From Bugula neritina (lineage: Eukaryota > Animalia > Bryozoa): DNA of 64,000 nt. Shown piece after piece: positions 39,905 through 54,625 of this stretch; positions within the stretch are counted from its first letter, which is position 1, and each line of letters opens with the position of its first letter. The position numbers were made by a program, and so were the translations under genes. The notes beneath the pieces are model-generated. The model saw only the letters and a list, made by a program, of their open reading frames with translations, was not told where the DNA came from and ran no database searches. The stretch lies in NCBI GenBank assembly GCA_964035545.1, contig OZ037768.1:4620741-4684740 (forward strand). The letters run 5' to 3'.

Positions 39905-42129
39905 GTTGTTGTATCCACTACTCTACTGATATGATGCCCGTGCAGTCAGGATGCTTATCACTGATCATTGAAGTCAACTAATCTATAAAGAGCATGTTTT
40001 ATACACAACGTAGCTCACAAGCCATTCACGACACAGGAATGCAATTCAATTAACTAGTTGATCAATGAAACAGAACTTCCTTGTGTTGCAACATGAGAGG
40101 TCTGGAGCATTTCACAACAAACCTCTCTTATTACAACATATATTTTGATAGCAGCTAGTTATTGTCACCAAAAGCTTTCGAGAACAAAGAAAAAAATTTC
40201 ATTACAGAAGTACTTGGTAGCAATGTAAAGTGAGTCCACAATATTCTATTACTTGTAGAGAGCAGATGTGTTCTGCTATATCAACCAACAGCTGTTTCTA
40301 CCAAGTATAATTAGGATAAGAATTAAATTCTTAACATTAGCAAAACTTAAACTCAAAATAGCATGCCTTTCACAGTTTAATTAAACCAGTAGTTTGTGCA
40401 AAACTGAATTCTTCCATATCTTAGTAATACTTTGGCACATCTTGCTCGCACATAGTATAGTATTGGGTTGTATAATGTACGCGTATATTCCTCTATAAAT
40501 TCACAACAGCAATAACAGCAACTTTTAACATAGATCCGTGGATATGATGAAGAAGTAGCAAATTAGTTAAACTGGCACAGAGATTTTATATACTCAATAT
40601 CCAAGCCCATAAGGTAAAACTAGCAATTACCACAATTTCAATACAACAAGTGCATTTAATAAAGCAAAATCTGACATGAATGACTCATAAATTATTAACT
40701 AAATAATATGATAGAATCAACTTAAATATTAGTTGGTCTAGCAATATGCTTATGCTAGGTGTGACATTGATTATTGCAAAGGTTGTACAAAAATGGTAGT
40801 ACTTGTACAATCAAATAGTTTCATAAAGGGTGCATAACATAATTATATTGGCATAATATTGGGCCAAAAGATTTTAGCCAAAGATTTTATGGGTATATAG
40901 CGCACAATAAAATTATTATAATACAAAATATATTATATTTCTCATAGCTAATTATATCTCTTAATTGTAATCTCTTGACAATTACCGCAGATATAAATAG
41001 AATGACATTTTATTACTTTCAAAAGTATGCACTTGTTACTATAGCAATGTAGAATTGTTTTTCTAGTTTTATATCTAAATACCAAGCCAAAATAACTTAA
41101 TAAACTTGTGCCTACTTCCCTTTTTTAAGTTTAGCTCTTACTCTAGTTAATGTTGATAACATCCAATAACAACAGATGTAGTTTATATGTTCTAACACGA
41201 AATTTTCAAATTATAATGCCAATTGCACACCTACTAGCACTGTTACGAATATAAACTACATTTCTCTAAAAATGTCTTTTTGAAGGTAAAACACTATATA
41301 AAGTTCTAGTATAGCCTTGTATAAAAAGTAGAAATATATTTTAAAAACCCAACTCCTTGATGCTGCAATTAATATTGTTATTTATCCTGATATACTGATA
41401 TTGCAATAGCAAATTGTGATTAGGATTGTCTAATAGTAATACTAATTTAAAACAATTCACTCAACTACTAATAACCAATAAGTGAAAAACTGATTACACT
41501 CACAATGTGAAACTCAAACTGAATGTAAACAGGTCAGTATGACTATGAGTAACTGCAAGTGTGATACTAAATAGTAAATACTAAGTCTAACTAGTAACTA
41601 CTAACACAGTAATAGTACTACTAAGAGTTAAACTAAGAGTAATGGTAATGCTAATAGTATACTAATACTAATAGTAAAAGTAATCCTAATACTCTAATAG
41701 TAATACTAATAGTAATACTAATACTAATAGTAATAGACTAATACTAATAGTTACTCAGCTAGTAGGCATGGCATATGCCAAATCAAAATTTTAATTTAGC
41801 AGCTTTAGATTGAGTATAACTATAACTACAAATTATAAGTATAATAATCAATATTATTAATTATTATTAATAATAATAAATAATTATAATAATACTAATA
41901 GTAATAATATTATTATTTTAACTTATACTTATTCTTATAGTTAAACTTAATTACTTAAACTTAAAGTAAAAGTTGACATTAATAGAATATACAAAATAAT
42001 AAAATCTTTCAATGTACCAAAGACAAGACTGACACAAAATGATATAGTATTATCATAACTATAAAAACACTAACTAAAAACAAACGACAAAACAAACCCA
42101 TCGTGATCAATTTATGTTTTGCAACTTTA

Positions 42130-43044
42130 CCACTATCATACGGACACTTTCAGTTTCAGCAATGGCCAATGAGCAGTGTCATAATAATGTTATTGAAGTT
42201 TTTATTGGTTTCCGCTTTTCAAGTTTAGCCTGCTATTCTTAAATGCTTTTCTCTCTTAAATTCATTTGCGTGTACATAATATTATTGAGGCGCTGAACCA
42301 ATGAACTGGAAAATTTCTAGTACGCTGAATTAGAAGAATTGTTCCTATTTGCGGCTCTCGAGTTTGGCGCTTTGAGCTCTAGAGCTCTAAGCCCACTGAG
42401 CTGGAATAGATATTATTGAGTTTGATGTCTAAGCCCCAACTCCAAACTCGAGAATCTCAAACTACTGTACACATTCACCCCCAACTCGGAGCTGCTTGTA
42501 GAACAATTTGTTTTGCGGTTGCAAAATAGCCTCATTAACTTTGCTTTTACTGAAACTAAAATAATTATGACAACTTTATAACCATTCACGAGTACATCAA
42601 CGTTTTTTTCTTTTTCACTTCCTAACAATTGCAATAACTTTAAAGCTTGGTCTAAGACTGACGGTCTTAAACTAAGAATGCCTATCAGCAGTAATTTTGA
42701 AATTAGTATTAGTATTTTATTTAATCAATGAGTGTAATCAGTGTAGAAAAAAGCAAACATATGCTAAAAGTAGGTCTAATTTCTATTCACTGTTTGATTT
42801 GGCATTGACTCTGAGTCTGACACTAGACACTAAGAGTAAGTCTAACAGAGACAATCTCAATCTGAATCAGTATCACTCGCAGTCTGAGACTGGGAGTCAG
42901 CATCACACTGGTCATTAGTATTAAAGACTATTACCAATGCTGATACTCTTGCTTTCGATTTAGTTTTTCTAATTTCGAAGTCTACTTTTGATCGCACTCG
43001 ATCAAAATCGCCAACGCTGAATTAGTGTTACAATTACAATCACA
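42130..43044. promoter_or_regulatory. Putative bidirectional promoter between OXR1 (-) and MUL1 (+)
   Basis: Head-to-head arrangement. A candidate minus-strand donor (ctttac|c, ~42130) suggests a non-coding OXR1 first exon that could splice to the acceptor near 39983. CCAAT boxes at ~42167, ~42204 (reverse) and ~42298; locally CpG-richer. Confidence 0.5.
42345..42503. mobile_element. MITE family A, partial or rearranged copy
   Basis: 42436-42503 caactccaaactcgagaatctcaaactactgtacacattcacccccaactcggagctgcttgtagaa matches the right arm of 38724-38875; 42348-42368 tttgcggctctcgagtttgg matches part of the left arm. Confidence 0.75.
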
Positions 43045-46000
43045 ATGAGTGAATGGAAGCAGATTTTGATAGAAAACCTTCTTTTTGCTGCTGATATTGG
43101 CTTGATATGTTGGTTTCTTAGACTGTACAAAAACAAATATACTACGGCTGATCAGATAAAGGTAAAAATTATAAATATATGTTTAATTTTGTATCAACTT
43201 AGGATTATATTTATTCTGATTCTATATCGGAGACCGAGAGTGAATTTTTTGAAGTTAAAATTTTACTAATTCTGTGATTATTCATTTTACTTGAAATTTG
43301 ACTGTGTGTTTGATTTTACTTCCACTCAAACAAAATCAGAATGAAGAGTGTGTACATAATGGTAATATGGAATTGTACCATGCAGTTTCCCTAGATTATG
43401 CTATAAAACCTTTAGCTTTCAGCGCTATTCTAAGCAGTAAATATCTGCCAATAAATACGGATTCAACAAATAAATAATAGGAAGAAATATTATTATTTGA
43501 ATAAAAAAAATTGATAAAGCTTTTCAATAAGAAATCATTTCAGGATTGATATAAAAAGGAGTAATTTTAGAAAAAAAATTTTGTTGAAATGTTTAGTAGA
43601 AAATCAATTCATGCAAATATAGAATTTTTTTATATATTTGAACCTAATTGTGGCAGTTTCTATAAGTTTTTAAAGCTTTTTTATGCATCTTCAACTCATA
43701 ATTTGACTGTACATGATGACAATAAACATTTCAAATAAACAATTATAGAACTTTGTTTAAAGAAATGTTGCTTATTCAACTTTTTGAAACTATATTAATA
43801 TGATGACCTACCATAATCTACAAATTGATAAATGGTTAGATGCTACTCAATTGTGTGACAGTTTTAGAGCAAAATCCCATTGAAATGGTGATGACAAATC
43901 TCTTCTTTGTACATATAATTCAAAATAAATAAATGATATATTTTAAATTATATTATCAATTTGTAAAGTTATGTTTGATAAATTTTTTGCAGGATTTAGA
44001 AAGTATTGACTGGTCAGCTTTTAAACTAGATTCCCGTGGTTACATTGAATATGGATTAGTAGAAGGCAGAGTGCATTCACTAGAGAAACCTTTAAAAAGT
44101 CAATTTACTGAAGAAGAAGGTCCAATTAAATATTTTAAAAGAGTTTTGCTCAAATCTGAAAGAAATCGAGGCTACTGGTAAAAGATATTACTTGTAAAAT
44201 TGTTGCTAAAATTTCAATAAAGTTTTCTTTTTTCATCCTATATCCTATAGACTTAGTTTTTCAGGATAACACTGTTTAATGCATAATTATATATTAACTT
44301 GAATCATAATATAAATATATATTACCAGTAATTGTGAGTGTAAAAAGAAATCTTTATTTTGCTTTTTAGGACAGACAGACAAAGTGTCTTATCTGAAAGT
44401 TATGAAAGGGTAAAATTTGCATTACAAGATGAACAAACCGCTGAAAGAATTCTGGTTACTGAACCAAGGCTGGCCAATTATCTTCAAGAAGCTCTCCATA
44501 CAACTCATGATCACTTTGAGCCATGCACAAGATCTCTTAGTGGTAATGTTAGCTTAGCTTTGACACTGACGTCAAACTCTATTTCTATAGGCATCTAACA
44601 ATCCAACTAAGTTTTTTAGCAGGTGTAGTTTCAGTTATAAGTAGATGCTTTACCTGCATGATTGAAACTATCCAGTCTCTCAAAGGTTATTTTTGACCTT
44701 TCACCACTCCTGTCCCGCTTGAGTGACAGGTTTTTGCATAATAGCAATTTTAAATAGACTACCTTATATACAAATATAAATGGTTGTGGCATGAGTTCTT
44801 TCAACTGGATAATCTTTTTTTTACCAAACTCTCCGTCTTTGTCCAGACTTGGGACGGGCTGGGTATTGTCTTTAGTCGATATTTCTTAAATGTTATTAAA
44901 ATAAAAATATGGCATTTGCAGTTGTTCTAAGTTTTTATTTATTCAAAAGTTTATGTTTCTTTATTTTTTAGGTTCCTCTATAAATGTTATCACTTAGGTG
45001 TTTGTTTAATTTTGTAGAAAGTTTGTTTGACCGGGTGGTTGGCGAAATCACCAAAGGTTATCAGACGACGGAACAAATACTCAAGAATGGTAACTGTTAA
45101 AACTCACTTGTAAATGATTTAAAGTAAACTGTTCTATATGAGCATAGTAATTTTATATGTGTACTGCAGAAGATTTTGTATTTCTTACGTTTAACATTGT
45201 GTTTTTGAGAAAATATGAGGTTACTTGAAAAAAATCTTTTTTGGCTAGTGTGACTAGACTCTTTTTATAATACTAGCTGTTCTTATATAAAGTAAATATT
45301 TAATTTTTTAATATTTCAAAAACGATAAAAAAACATTTGAGTGATTTCTATATTTTAAATAGCTTGAAGATGTATTTGGGCATTTGTTTGCTCCTCGTAT
45401 TTGAAATAGAGAGATATTTTTGGCTACTATAATTGCTTAAGTTAGTCCTGGACCTTGTTATGTAACTATGTTGTAGTATGTTGCATTTTTATTATTATGC
45501 AGCATTCACATGTGTTGAAATTTCTCACCTAGGCAGCTGTAGTCCTGTGCATGCTTTGAAATATACATTTTATAATATTGATAATAAAACTAAATAAGAA
45601 TTTTAATAGAGCACTGCTTCTTACAGGGACTACCATGCTGGGTGTTGGTAAAATAGTTTATAGCAATGGCTCCTTAGAACTTAGAAAGCCGACTGCCAAG
45701 GGAACGCAATATTTTCTCACTTCTATGTCCAAATCTGAGCTCATCACACATTTAAAGTCCCGGGCCACGATATTCAAAGTTCTAGCTGGAGTTTTTGGAG
45801 TTACTGGTACATTATTCACTTATGGTTTTACTAAAGATCAGAAATATTATCTCAATTTTGTCAACAATTGTTTGAATTTAGCCTAATTTCAATCTAAAAT
45901 GTTGACAATATATTTGAAAATCTAGAGAAAATGATTGGAAGTTAACCAGTAGGTATTGGTAATGAATGGAATTGTTTTTTCTAATTTTTAAGTTTCTAAT

Positions 46001-46661
46001 CAGATCAATAGAACTACACCTAATTTATCCGTGCAGACTAAGTTTTTCACAGAGAAAAGTCATCCAGACATTGAATCAATAAATAAAACATAACTTAGTA
46101 TGTCTTAAGTTCATTTCCTGTTATTTTAGATAACATTCAATGAACACACATCTAAATTATTATTATTGTCATATAGGCAGACTGCTATAATGGTGATATT
46201 CATCCACCATGACTGTGATGCAAGTATATTATTGTTTCTAACAGATGTAGAGTTACAGTTCCATCATTAGCTGAAACCTTTTTCTTGTAGGTTTGCTGAT
46301 ATTGTGGGTGACTACTGGGTCACGAATACGTAAGTGGATAGCTCAGTACAGAGAGCGTGCTGCTGTTGAAGAGGCTCGGCAGCAGCTGCTTGTGATAAGA
46401 GGTGTCAACACTGTCCATTCTAGAAACAGAAATGCTGACTCCGACACAGACTTGGCAGAGGATTCGGATTCACCTCAACGCTCTCCCTCAAGCGAGGCCA
46501 ACTCATGTGTTATATGTCTAATAAACTCACGTGACATAGCTAACAGGCCATGCGGTCACGTCTGCACTTGCCTCAACTGCTATGAGGCAATGCCTGTCCC
46601 AAAACATTGCCCGGTTTGTAGGTCTGCCATCAATGAAATTATTCCTATATATATTCCATGA
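43045..46661 (+). CDS. MUL1: Mitochondrial ubiquitin ligase activator of NFKB 1 (MUL1/MAPL): TM-GIDE-TM-RING
   Basis: N-terminal TM; YGLVEGRV..LEKPLKSQF; GEITKGYQTTEQILKNGTTMLGVGKIV; YFLTSMSKSELI; second TM; C-terminal RING CVICLINSRD...PCGHVCTCLNCYEAMPVPKHCPVCRSAINEIIPIY. Exons 43045-43161, 43993-44177, 44370-44542, 45018-45089, 45627-45806, 46291-46661. Confidence 0.93.
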
Positions 46662-47789
46662 AAATGTAACAACTTTTAACAAAACTATGAAAAGTGTATA
46701 TTTTCGTAATTTTCATTGTTCTTAAATTAAAGTGTATTAAATTGCATGTTAAACTATCATTAAGAATTGAATCATCCCAGTGTTGTAAGTTTTAATCAAT
46801 ATGATATTATATTTCGTGTTTTAGAATAAAATGACTATGAGTTTCAAACTAAGGTTTAATAGAGCAATGGTACTCTGCAAATACTGCTAATTTGCCTTTG
46901 ATTAATGAATGGTCTAGACTTTAGAGTCTAGACTTCAGAGTCTAGACTTTAAGGCAATTGTAGTCACTATAGTGCGAATTTGATTTTGAAACCATTTTTA
47001 CTGTGTTTTACCAGTCTATTTCTGTGCTTGTTTATAAAGACCAAAATTTTACAAAATAATGCTTATACAAACTAGTATGCATGTGTAAAAGCTAAATAAA
47101 AGAACAATACTTGTAAACAAAATAAAAGTCTAAAAATCTAAATGCAGCATAATAGTATACATAAAAGAGGTATTTGCAAATTATTTACACGACTGTACTG
47201 ACATGGTAATACTGAATAGTCTAAGACTCCAAGTCATTTAAGCTGCAAGTAGAAGTATGATAAAGAAATATTTAATAAGGTCATGTTTTGTAATCAAGTA
47301 TATATGTTATATGCCACAAGTGAGATTCATTCTAGGCACAGGAAACATGTTCTTAAAGTCATGAACTTTATTCAAGTCTTAGGTTAAGAAACAATATAAC
47401 CACCTATGTATAGAAGGAAAGTTTTAACAAAATATGAAGTACAGCCAGTGTTGGTCTGAGAGGAAAGACTATTCAATGGTATTGCAACATTGTATACGTT
47501 GAATTTATGCGAACACAACACATATACCTATGCCCATAATTTTTTTACTCGCTTGCTACACTATGAGAATGATAATGGTTACTACTGAAGAAATATTAGG
47601 ATTTTTGCTAACTAATTACAACAACTCCTTTAAACATTTAATAGCAATCTTTATATAAGCTTTCTAAACATATTAACATTCATTACATGTAAAGAAAGCA
47701 TTCAATGATTTGGCTTTTTATTCGGCTGGCTTCATAAATAGAGTTTACTAGAGTTTTTATCATACAGGATCTACACTAACCAGGACAGG

Positions 47790-50700
47790 ATGTATGTAGT
47801 GCTGCAAAGGGTTTTCTTGTGCCTGCTCCTAACCAATCATCTTGTGCGATGCTAAGTATTCAGTGTGGTAATTTATGAAAATTTGGTTTAAATCATATTA
47901 TGGATTATGATATAAGTATTATAACATTATGTAACTTTTTGTGTACACATAGTCTAACTTAAAAACCTACATTTGTGCTATTAGTATGTTTTCCTGCCTA
48001 GTCACTAGTATTATTATTTACTAAAATGTATATATAATATTGTGTTGTATGTTTGAATCTATAGGTGAGCTGGAAAAACCAGCGGATTGTTGCATCAGCA
48101 CCAAGTCCAGTTCCACATGATGATGAGGGTCTTGGAAGAATATATTGTAAGAAATTACATTTGTGTCAATCAAACCTAACAACGGCAGGTCATATGTTTG
48201 GTAATATTAAATGCCATGTTGGCGAGTAGTTTAACTGTGGACAGTTTGTTGGCTTTTTCTTACCAAGTATCTGGATAGCGGCTAGAAAATGTTGTGTCAA
48301 GGTTCAGTTAGGAAAAGCTTTTGAGCATAAAATTTTTTGCCACACTGAAAAGTAAGGTCATGGTTGTGCTCATTAACAAATACTCCTTTCTTATTTTCTT
48401 ATGTCATTGAGTGAAGCCATAATGATAATTAATAGATTTCTGGAAAAAAACTTTCAGTCATGTGGAATAAATGCTTATGCCAATGACATAGTTCTTCTCA
48501 TTAAAAGCCTTAACCATTTGAAACAAACATGGAGATTTACATCTCATTGATCCAATGGTTATTAGGTATTCTGGGTATAAATGTTTTAATATACAAGTTG
48601 CATTGGTAACATACATACAGGTATACTCTTATGTAGATAATGAGTATGTGGTAATTGAAGACACTGGAACCATTTCTAAGCGTGACTGCGTCAAGGGCCA
48701 TCGTGAATATGAACATCATGAATGTGATTGGTTGATTCATATTGAAAATGGAAGCTCTGTGAGTACCTATAACATATATAGAGCTTTCTTAACTTATATA
48801 CTTTATATGCACTCTTCTAATGTAGATATTTCTCAGTTATTTGTAGTTATTGTATTTAGTTTTAAGGCATTTTCACAAGTTTGGATTCTGCAAAAATGAG
48901 AGTTTTTTCTGCTGTCTTTTTATGACAGCAGAAAGAAACTCTGGCTATTAAGTCTTGAATATCTTATATGTTTTTACTTGGTTGTTGTCTGCTCTCTATA
49001 AACAGTGAATTTCCTTACACTTTTCTTTCACATTTGCTTGTTAGATTACCCAGCCTGTTTACTCCCATCTAAAATCTAAATCTATGTTTTTCAGATGAAT
49101 GTGACCAAGCACATTATATTATAGTGCATGGTGTCATATACAGTGATATACTGAATTACATAATATTATGCTGAATTACATAATAATATGCTGAATTACA
49201 TAATAATATACTAAATTACATAACAATAATATGCTGGTTGCAGATTTCTGCTGAAATTTATGTGGATATTCCAAGCCAACCCACACAAGATGAATGCATT
49301 CACTGCAACGTAGAATATGGGTATTTGCATAACAACTACCACCAGAAAGTGTTGAACCGCAGGCTCTGTTTACAGAATTACACTATATCAGTCAGTATGA
49401 ACTTGCTTTCTGTCATTCATGACTGTTTATAAAATGTGCCTTGTTCAGCTCTGTGCAATGTGATGCAGTTCATTCCATTTATCATAAATTTAGTAATACT
49501 TTGACACTAAAACAAAAATTTTTGAAATTAAAACTATTTATACACAACTGGTTAAATATATTTTTACATGCAAAACATTCTAACGCAAGTAAAATGATTT
49601 AAGTATTCTTTACGTTTGTAATTCATTAAACATATTAATTATATACATTCAGTTGTACATGGTTATATACCTTTGTTTTGACTTTAATTATTACCAATCT
49701 TGAAGAAAAATCGAAAATCTAGTTTAATGCTTTTTCCTATAAAAACTAAGTTGTTTGCTTACAGTTACTTACAATAAAATTATTGAGTAGGTAACTTTTC
49801 AGTTGAATTTTCTGGTTGTAGTACAGTGTGAAGACTTCTTTATGGCTAAAATTCAGCTGCTTGGGCCCATTGGCTCATCATCAGTTAAACTGGACCAATC
49901 AGAATGGTGATCGTATGCAAGGCTTTGTACTCAAGTTCACCGTCAGTAAAGAGCAGGTGGTTGTAGAGGATACCAAGTGGAATCTTTCAACTATATTTGC
50001 CTTTACTGTTTCAATACTTTCCGCTGTGGTACTGTTTAGTATTGGGTTCATCTTACAAAGGTACGGCAGTTTATCTCGTTATACCCTTGTTTATCTTTCA
50101 TAAGTTTATGTATTGTAGAATTACAGTTAGGAATATAACAGTTTTGAAGTGCTGTGCTTATTTTTAAACTTTAAAAGAAATAAACTAAATTTGATTTCAG
50201 ATAGTCAAGGCTTTTTAATAATATCCGTTTATTTCAATAAATCACAAAATGGTAATAGTAAACAACCATTTTATAGATATTTATATGTTTGAGCATAAAA
50301 TAATTTCAAATATAATTTACTATCTTACAATGTTTTTTTTGTTAGGTCTTGCAGAAACCAGTCTATTCAGCACAACCTTCTAGAGAGTCGGCATGAGAAT
50401 GTCCACAGAACAAACTCACGACTAAAGAAGCTGTCGCAAATCTCGTATCCTCAGCATAGACTTGGGGTAAATTTTTAGTAACTTGCTTAACGACCAGACA
50501 AATTGGTATACTGATTATGTAAATACACCTGAAAAGAAAAACCTATTTTCTAACAGATTATAGAAAAGCAAGAACTTACCAATTATTTTCCTGCCAAGTT
50601 TTAAGCAGATAAGTTTTGGTCAGCTTAGCTTTTTGCAAACAGGGTGCTTAGATCAGTAGCATTTTATGCTAGTAAAATTTCACTACTGTATAGAAGGTAA

Positions 50701-53171
50701 ATATTTATTTGTGCTTGATGTACTTTATTTTATCTCTTACAGTTGCATGAAGAGTTTTATAAAAGTATGCATCACAGAAACATGCGTTTCAACCAGCCGG
50801 CTTTCATGAGATCAGTTAACGAGCAAAAGGTAAGATTCGTAAAATAAGCAATTTTCAAACTCAAAATATATTCTATGGTTTGTAAAGTTATGCAAACTTC
50901 TGCTGTTGTTTTTTTGTGCAATTTTAGAGAAGCTCAAATGACGCAGTGGATAAAACATCACCAGTGTTCACAAAGTGCAGGAAAGGTATGGCTACACGAC
51001 ATGTAGACAAGCATATGACAAGAGACCTGAGTCCTACCAGAAGTAACCACACTTACGTGTCTGTCACTCAGTTGTAAGTATTAGTCGTTACGTTGAACAT
51101 TGCAACTTTGTAAACGCACTTTTAGCCTCAACTAATTCAAGTTTCTAAGAGCTAAATGATAAAAAATTACCTGTCAATTGCATGAGGAGGGATGTAAAGG
51201 TTTGCTTAGTTTGGATCTTTAAATTCTGGGTTAGCATTGCAATTTATTTCAGATACAGGCAATTTTTTCATGCGATCAATATTTAACCATGTGTTAAGAA
51301 ACATAAAAGTTTAGTAATCCTGAGCAGCTTCTTTCAGGAAATAACGCAAACCTTGAAGTGAATTGCTGAATCAACTCAACATAAATACGCATGTCACTAT
51401 GCAAATAAACTTCATAATATCCTAGGGAAAAAATATATAAGAGATGTGTTTTATGCAATAATTAATCTCATTTTAGACAATTTTTTGCTCAGTTATGTTG
51501 CATCACCGATTTCTAAAGTATTCATAATTTTGTGTTGGTAAAAATAAGGAGATTTAAATTTTTCAACAAACACAAATAAAATTGCTTTTTATCAAGAAAG
51601 CTTTTAATACACTGACTTTTTAGCTTGAACCATGTTCATTCTGAATCTGAATCAGATACAATAAGACCCCCAACGGCAGGCAGATTTGATGTTGGCCAGC
51701 GTAATATGTTAATACAGGAACTGAAATACACTCCGTGGAGAAAGGTGAGTCATGCTCACGTTGAAGCTGCTGGGATAGGCAGTGGTAATTAAAAGAAAAG
51801 CCAGCTGTACTACATATTCTCCAACTGGATTTTAAAGTAATATGCATAATCAAACACAGCATTGTTACAAGTAATAACTGCCATGTCTTTATTGAGCTTT
51901 TTGTGTAACCAAAAGGTGAAAGCCAGAATTTCTCATCCCAAGCTATCTGTGGAAGACAAAAATCTGTTAAGTGCTACTTCAGGTATGTGTTACTTATTTG
52001 TACAACCACAAGTTTTTAAAAAAAAAAAGTTGGTACATTTTTGAAACTGTCTACTATACATGCTTTATATATATATATTGATAGAAAGTATCAATTTAAA
52101 TAATGGGTAATCCAACTTTCAGTAAGCAGTCATTAGTGTTAATTAAATGACTTTTTTATTCTAAGAGCCAACACTAAAGAAAAGGAAAAAGCATCTTCTT
52201 ACAGCTCCCCGATACACTAGTCCAAAAGTTGATAACGCTTTTCACATAATAGTGACCAGAAGTTCCACTAAAAGGAAGAGATTTCCAGAAGGTTGTGGTA
52301 TTTGATAAAATTGATATTTAAAATTACTGTTTTTGACATAAACTGTATACAAAAACCATGTCACATTTTATAAAAATGCATCATTTTATTATGTGATTTT
52401 ATGAACTTGCTATTTTACAGAAACTGTAGAGGCTAATGATGCAGAAAATGGAGAAGCTAACACCAGCATTCAAAGTTTGCCAGAGATGGCAGCGAATAAA
52501 TATAAACATCATATAAAATATCACAGCACATCACGGTAGGGTGTATTGCCATTATAATATTTACAAATATATTTCTGCATGTTTTAAAAAATATAAAAGT
52601 CATTCTATGATTGGTTTTATTTTTCAATTTAGTTACTACCTGTATATGAGCTGAACTGACTACATTCATACAGGTTATTCTGGCTCGATTTCTTGCAAAA
52701 TAAGCATCACGTTTAGTTTGCTAGGTAAAGCTTTCATTTGTGGTGGCATTTTCTCAGAGTCTAGTAGGAATGATATTTTATACAAACATTTATATCACTA
52801 AAAATATTATTTTCAAGTTGAAAGAATGTTGGTTATTTGTTTTATGGTAGTTTAAGTACGATTAGGTTATATATCTATTTGCCTGAAGCTATTTTCTGTT
52901 GCATTGCTTATTACTTTTTGTAGGTGCATATTTTGCTATATATTTGCTTAGTTCCTGAAAATATTTATTAAGTTATCATATTTTATACTCTTAGCTTTGA
53001 TGCATGAAAAAATTTATTTGCATTGAATTATTATGCTTGGTTTGTTTTAGAGTGTTGAGAAGTAACACCCACATAGAAAGTTGTAGAGATAAGAGAAAGT
53101 TTGTTTCAACTCCAAAGAGACTGGTTAAAAAATTCACATCTCATAGATATCCAGACAGAATCTACACATAG
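47790..53171 (+). CDS. Uncharacterised single-pass membrane protein: divergent CUB-like ectodomain, TM, long basic cytoplasmic tail (5' end uncertain)
   Basis: Phase-consistent exons (approx.) 48065-, 48637-48758, 49244-49390, 49822-50060, 50346-50466, 50743-50829, 50928-51073, 51623-51743, 51916-51982, 52166-52291, 52421-52515, 53051-53171. CUB-like pattern GTISK...Y..HECDWLIHIENGSS|ISAEI...DEC..C.VEY...RLC...SLWLKFS...GFVLKFTV; TM IFAFTVSILSAVVLFSIGFIL. The candidate signal-peptide exon 47790-47867 contains an in-frame TAA. Confidence 0.7.
49150..49233. repeat. 20-bp tandem repeat (CTGAATTACATAATAATATG)n x4 next to an acceptor
   Basis: Ends a few nt before ttgcag|ATT at 49243/49244. Confidence 0.8.
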
Positions 53172-54625
53172 CAGTCATGTGTTGAACTAGTGCACTAGCC
53201 TTATGTGAATTCCTAGCTTCATACAAATCATGTGTCATGTTCAAAGCTATTATAGTTACTCGACTTTTTATTGCCTCAGTTGTAAAAAATATTCACATTT
53301 ATTTGATTCAGAATACTACTAATTTTTTTATTTACCAGATTTAGTTTTCAGTACTTTTATGTTTTTTGCAAATCTAGTCTGTGCAGTTTTTTGTGAAATA
53401 AAATTAAAATTTAGTCTAATGCATCATGATGAGTTTAGGAATAGAAAATAGTGATCAAAATCATCTTTAAACGAACATATGTATTAAGTATTTGTACAAT
53501 CTATAAAATTCATCATATAATTGTTATAGTCTGCACAGGTAATACAAATATGTATAACTCTGATCTTCAATGTTTGGGGCTCAACTTTGCTGCACATTTT
53601 AACAGGTATTCAAAACCACTGGCTTTGAATATGACTTCAACTATTCATAAAAAAGTGAAGCATGTTGGAAGAACTTTAATGTTGTTCATTTCTTCTCAAC
53701 TACACAACATATATTTTTATAAAATGTGTGACAGTCATACAGAAAAATTGGATCTTGTCCAAAACTTCTAGCTTTCTTGCACATCCTTAGCTTTTATCTC
53801 AACTTCTAGGCTTTCAAGTATGACAAGCTATGGACCACCCAAGATAATATAATTGCATTAGCTTGAGATCAGCTCTAAATTCCAGGAACTATTCCGTTAT
53901 ACAACTTATAATTTTGAGCATTTTATAATCCAAGGTAGGCCTATTATATATAATGTTTTGTTGGTATTTTTGTTTTACTAGAAGATGTTTGGTACTTCCA
54001 CAGTTTAATCCATTAAATCAAGTTTTTGATTAAAACATGATTGCTGCCAACTGTTAATTGTTGTATATAAACTGCTTTACTAGCTACAAATATAGATAAT
54101 TATTATATAAATACTGATTAATGCAGTTCTATGCAATTTATAAAGAGTCATGAAGCTAGCTTAAACTTGTGTAAAGAATACTTGCTGCATGTATTGGCCA
54201 TCTACTCTAGCATCTTACTAATCTCTATACATTATACAGCTGTGGGTTATCTTCTCATATGTTCTAAAATCTAAGGCAGCAATTATAAAAGTGATATATA
54301 AAGTTAAAAAATGCTTTTTTTGAGAATTAAGTTATTCTCAAAGTTGAATTTACATTTACATTTACACTGTCAGAATTTTTACATAGATAATCTATTTGAA
54401 ACTAATGTTTAATGATGGTTAAGTTATAGTTCACAACTTTTAGGAAAATAGATATATCTATCTTCCTAAAAGACTATAAAACTCTAAATAGTGACACTCA
54501 TTCATCATTGTGCCTGTTACTATTTTATATATATTAGTTCACCTTGTAGTGTAAAAGTTATAGGAGTTATTTTCTCGTTTAGGCAGCTACCATACAGCTA
54601 TACCAAAACAGCCCAGTTGGATAAC

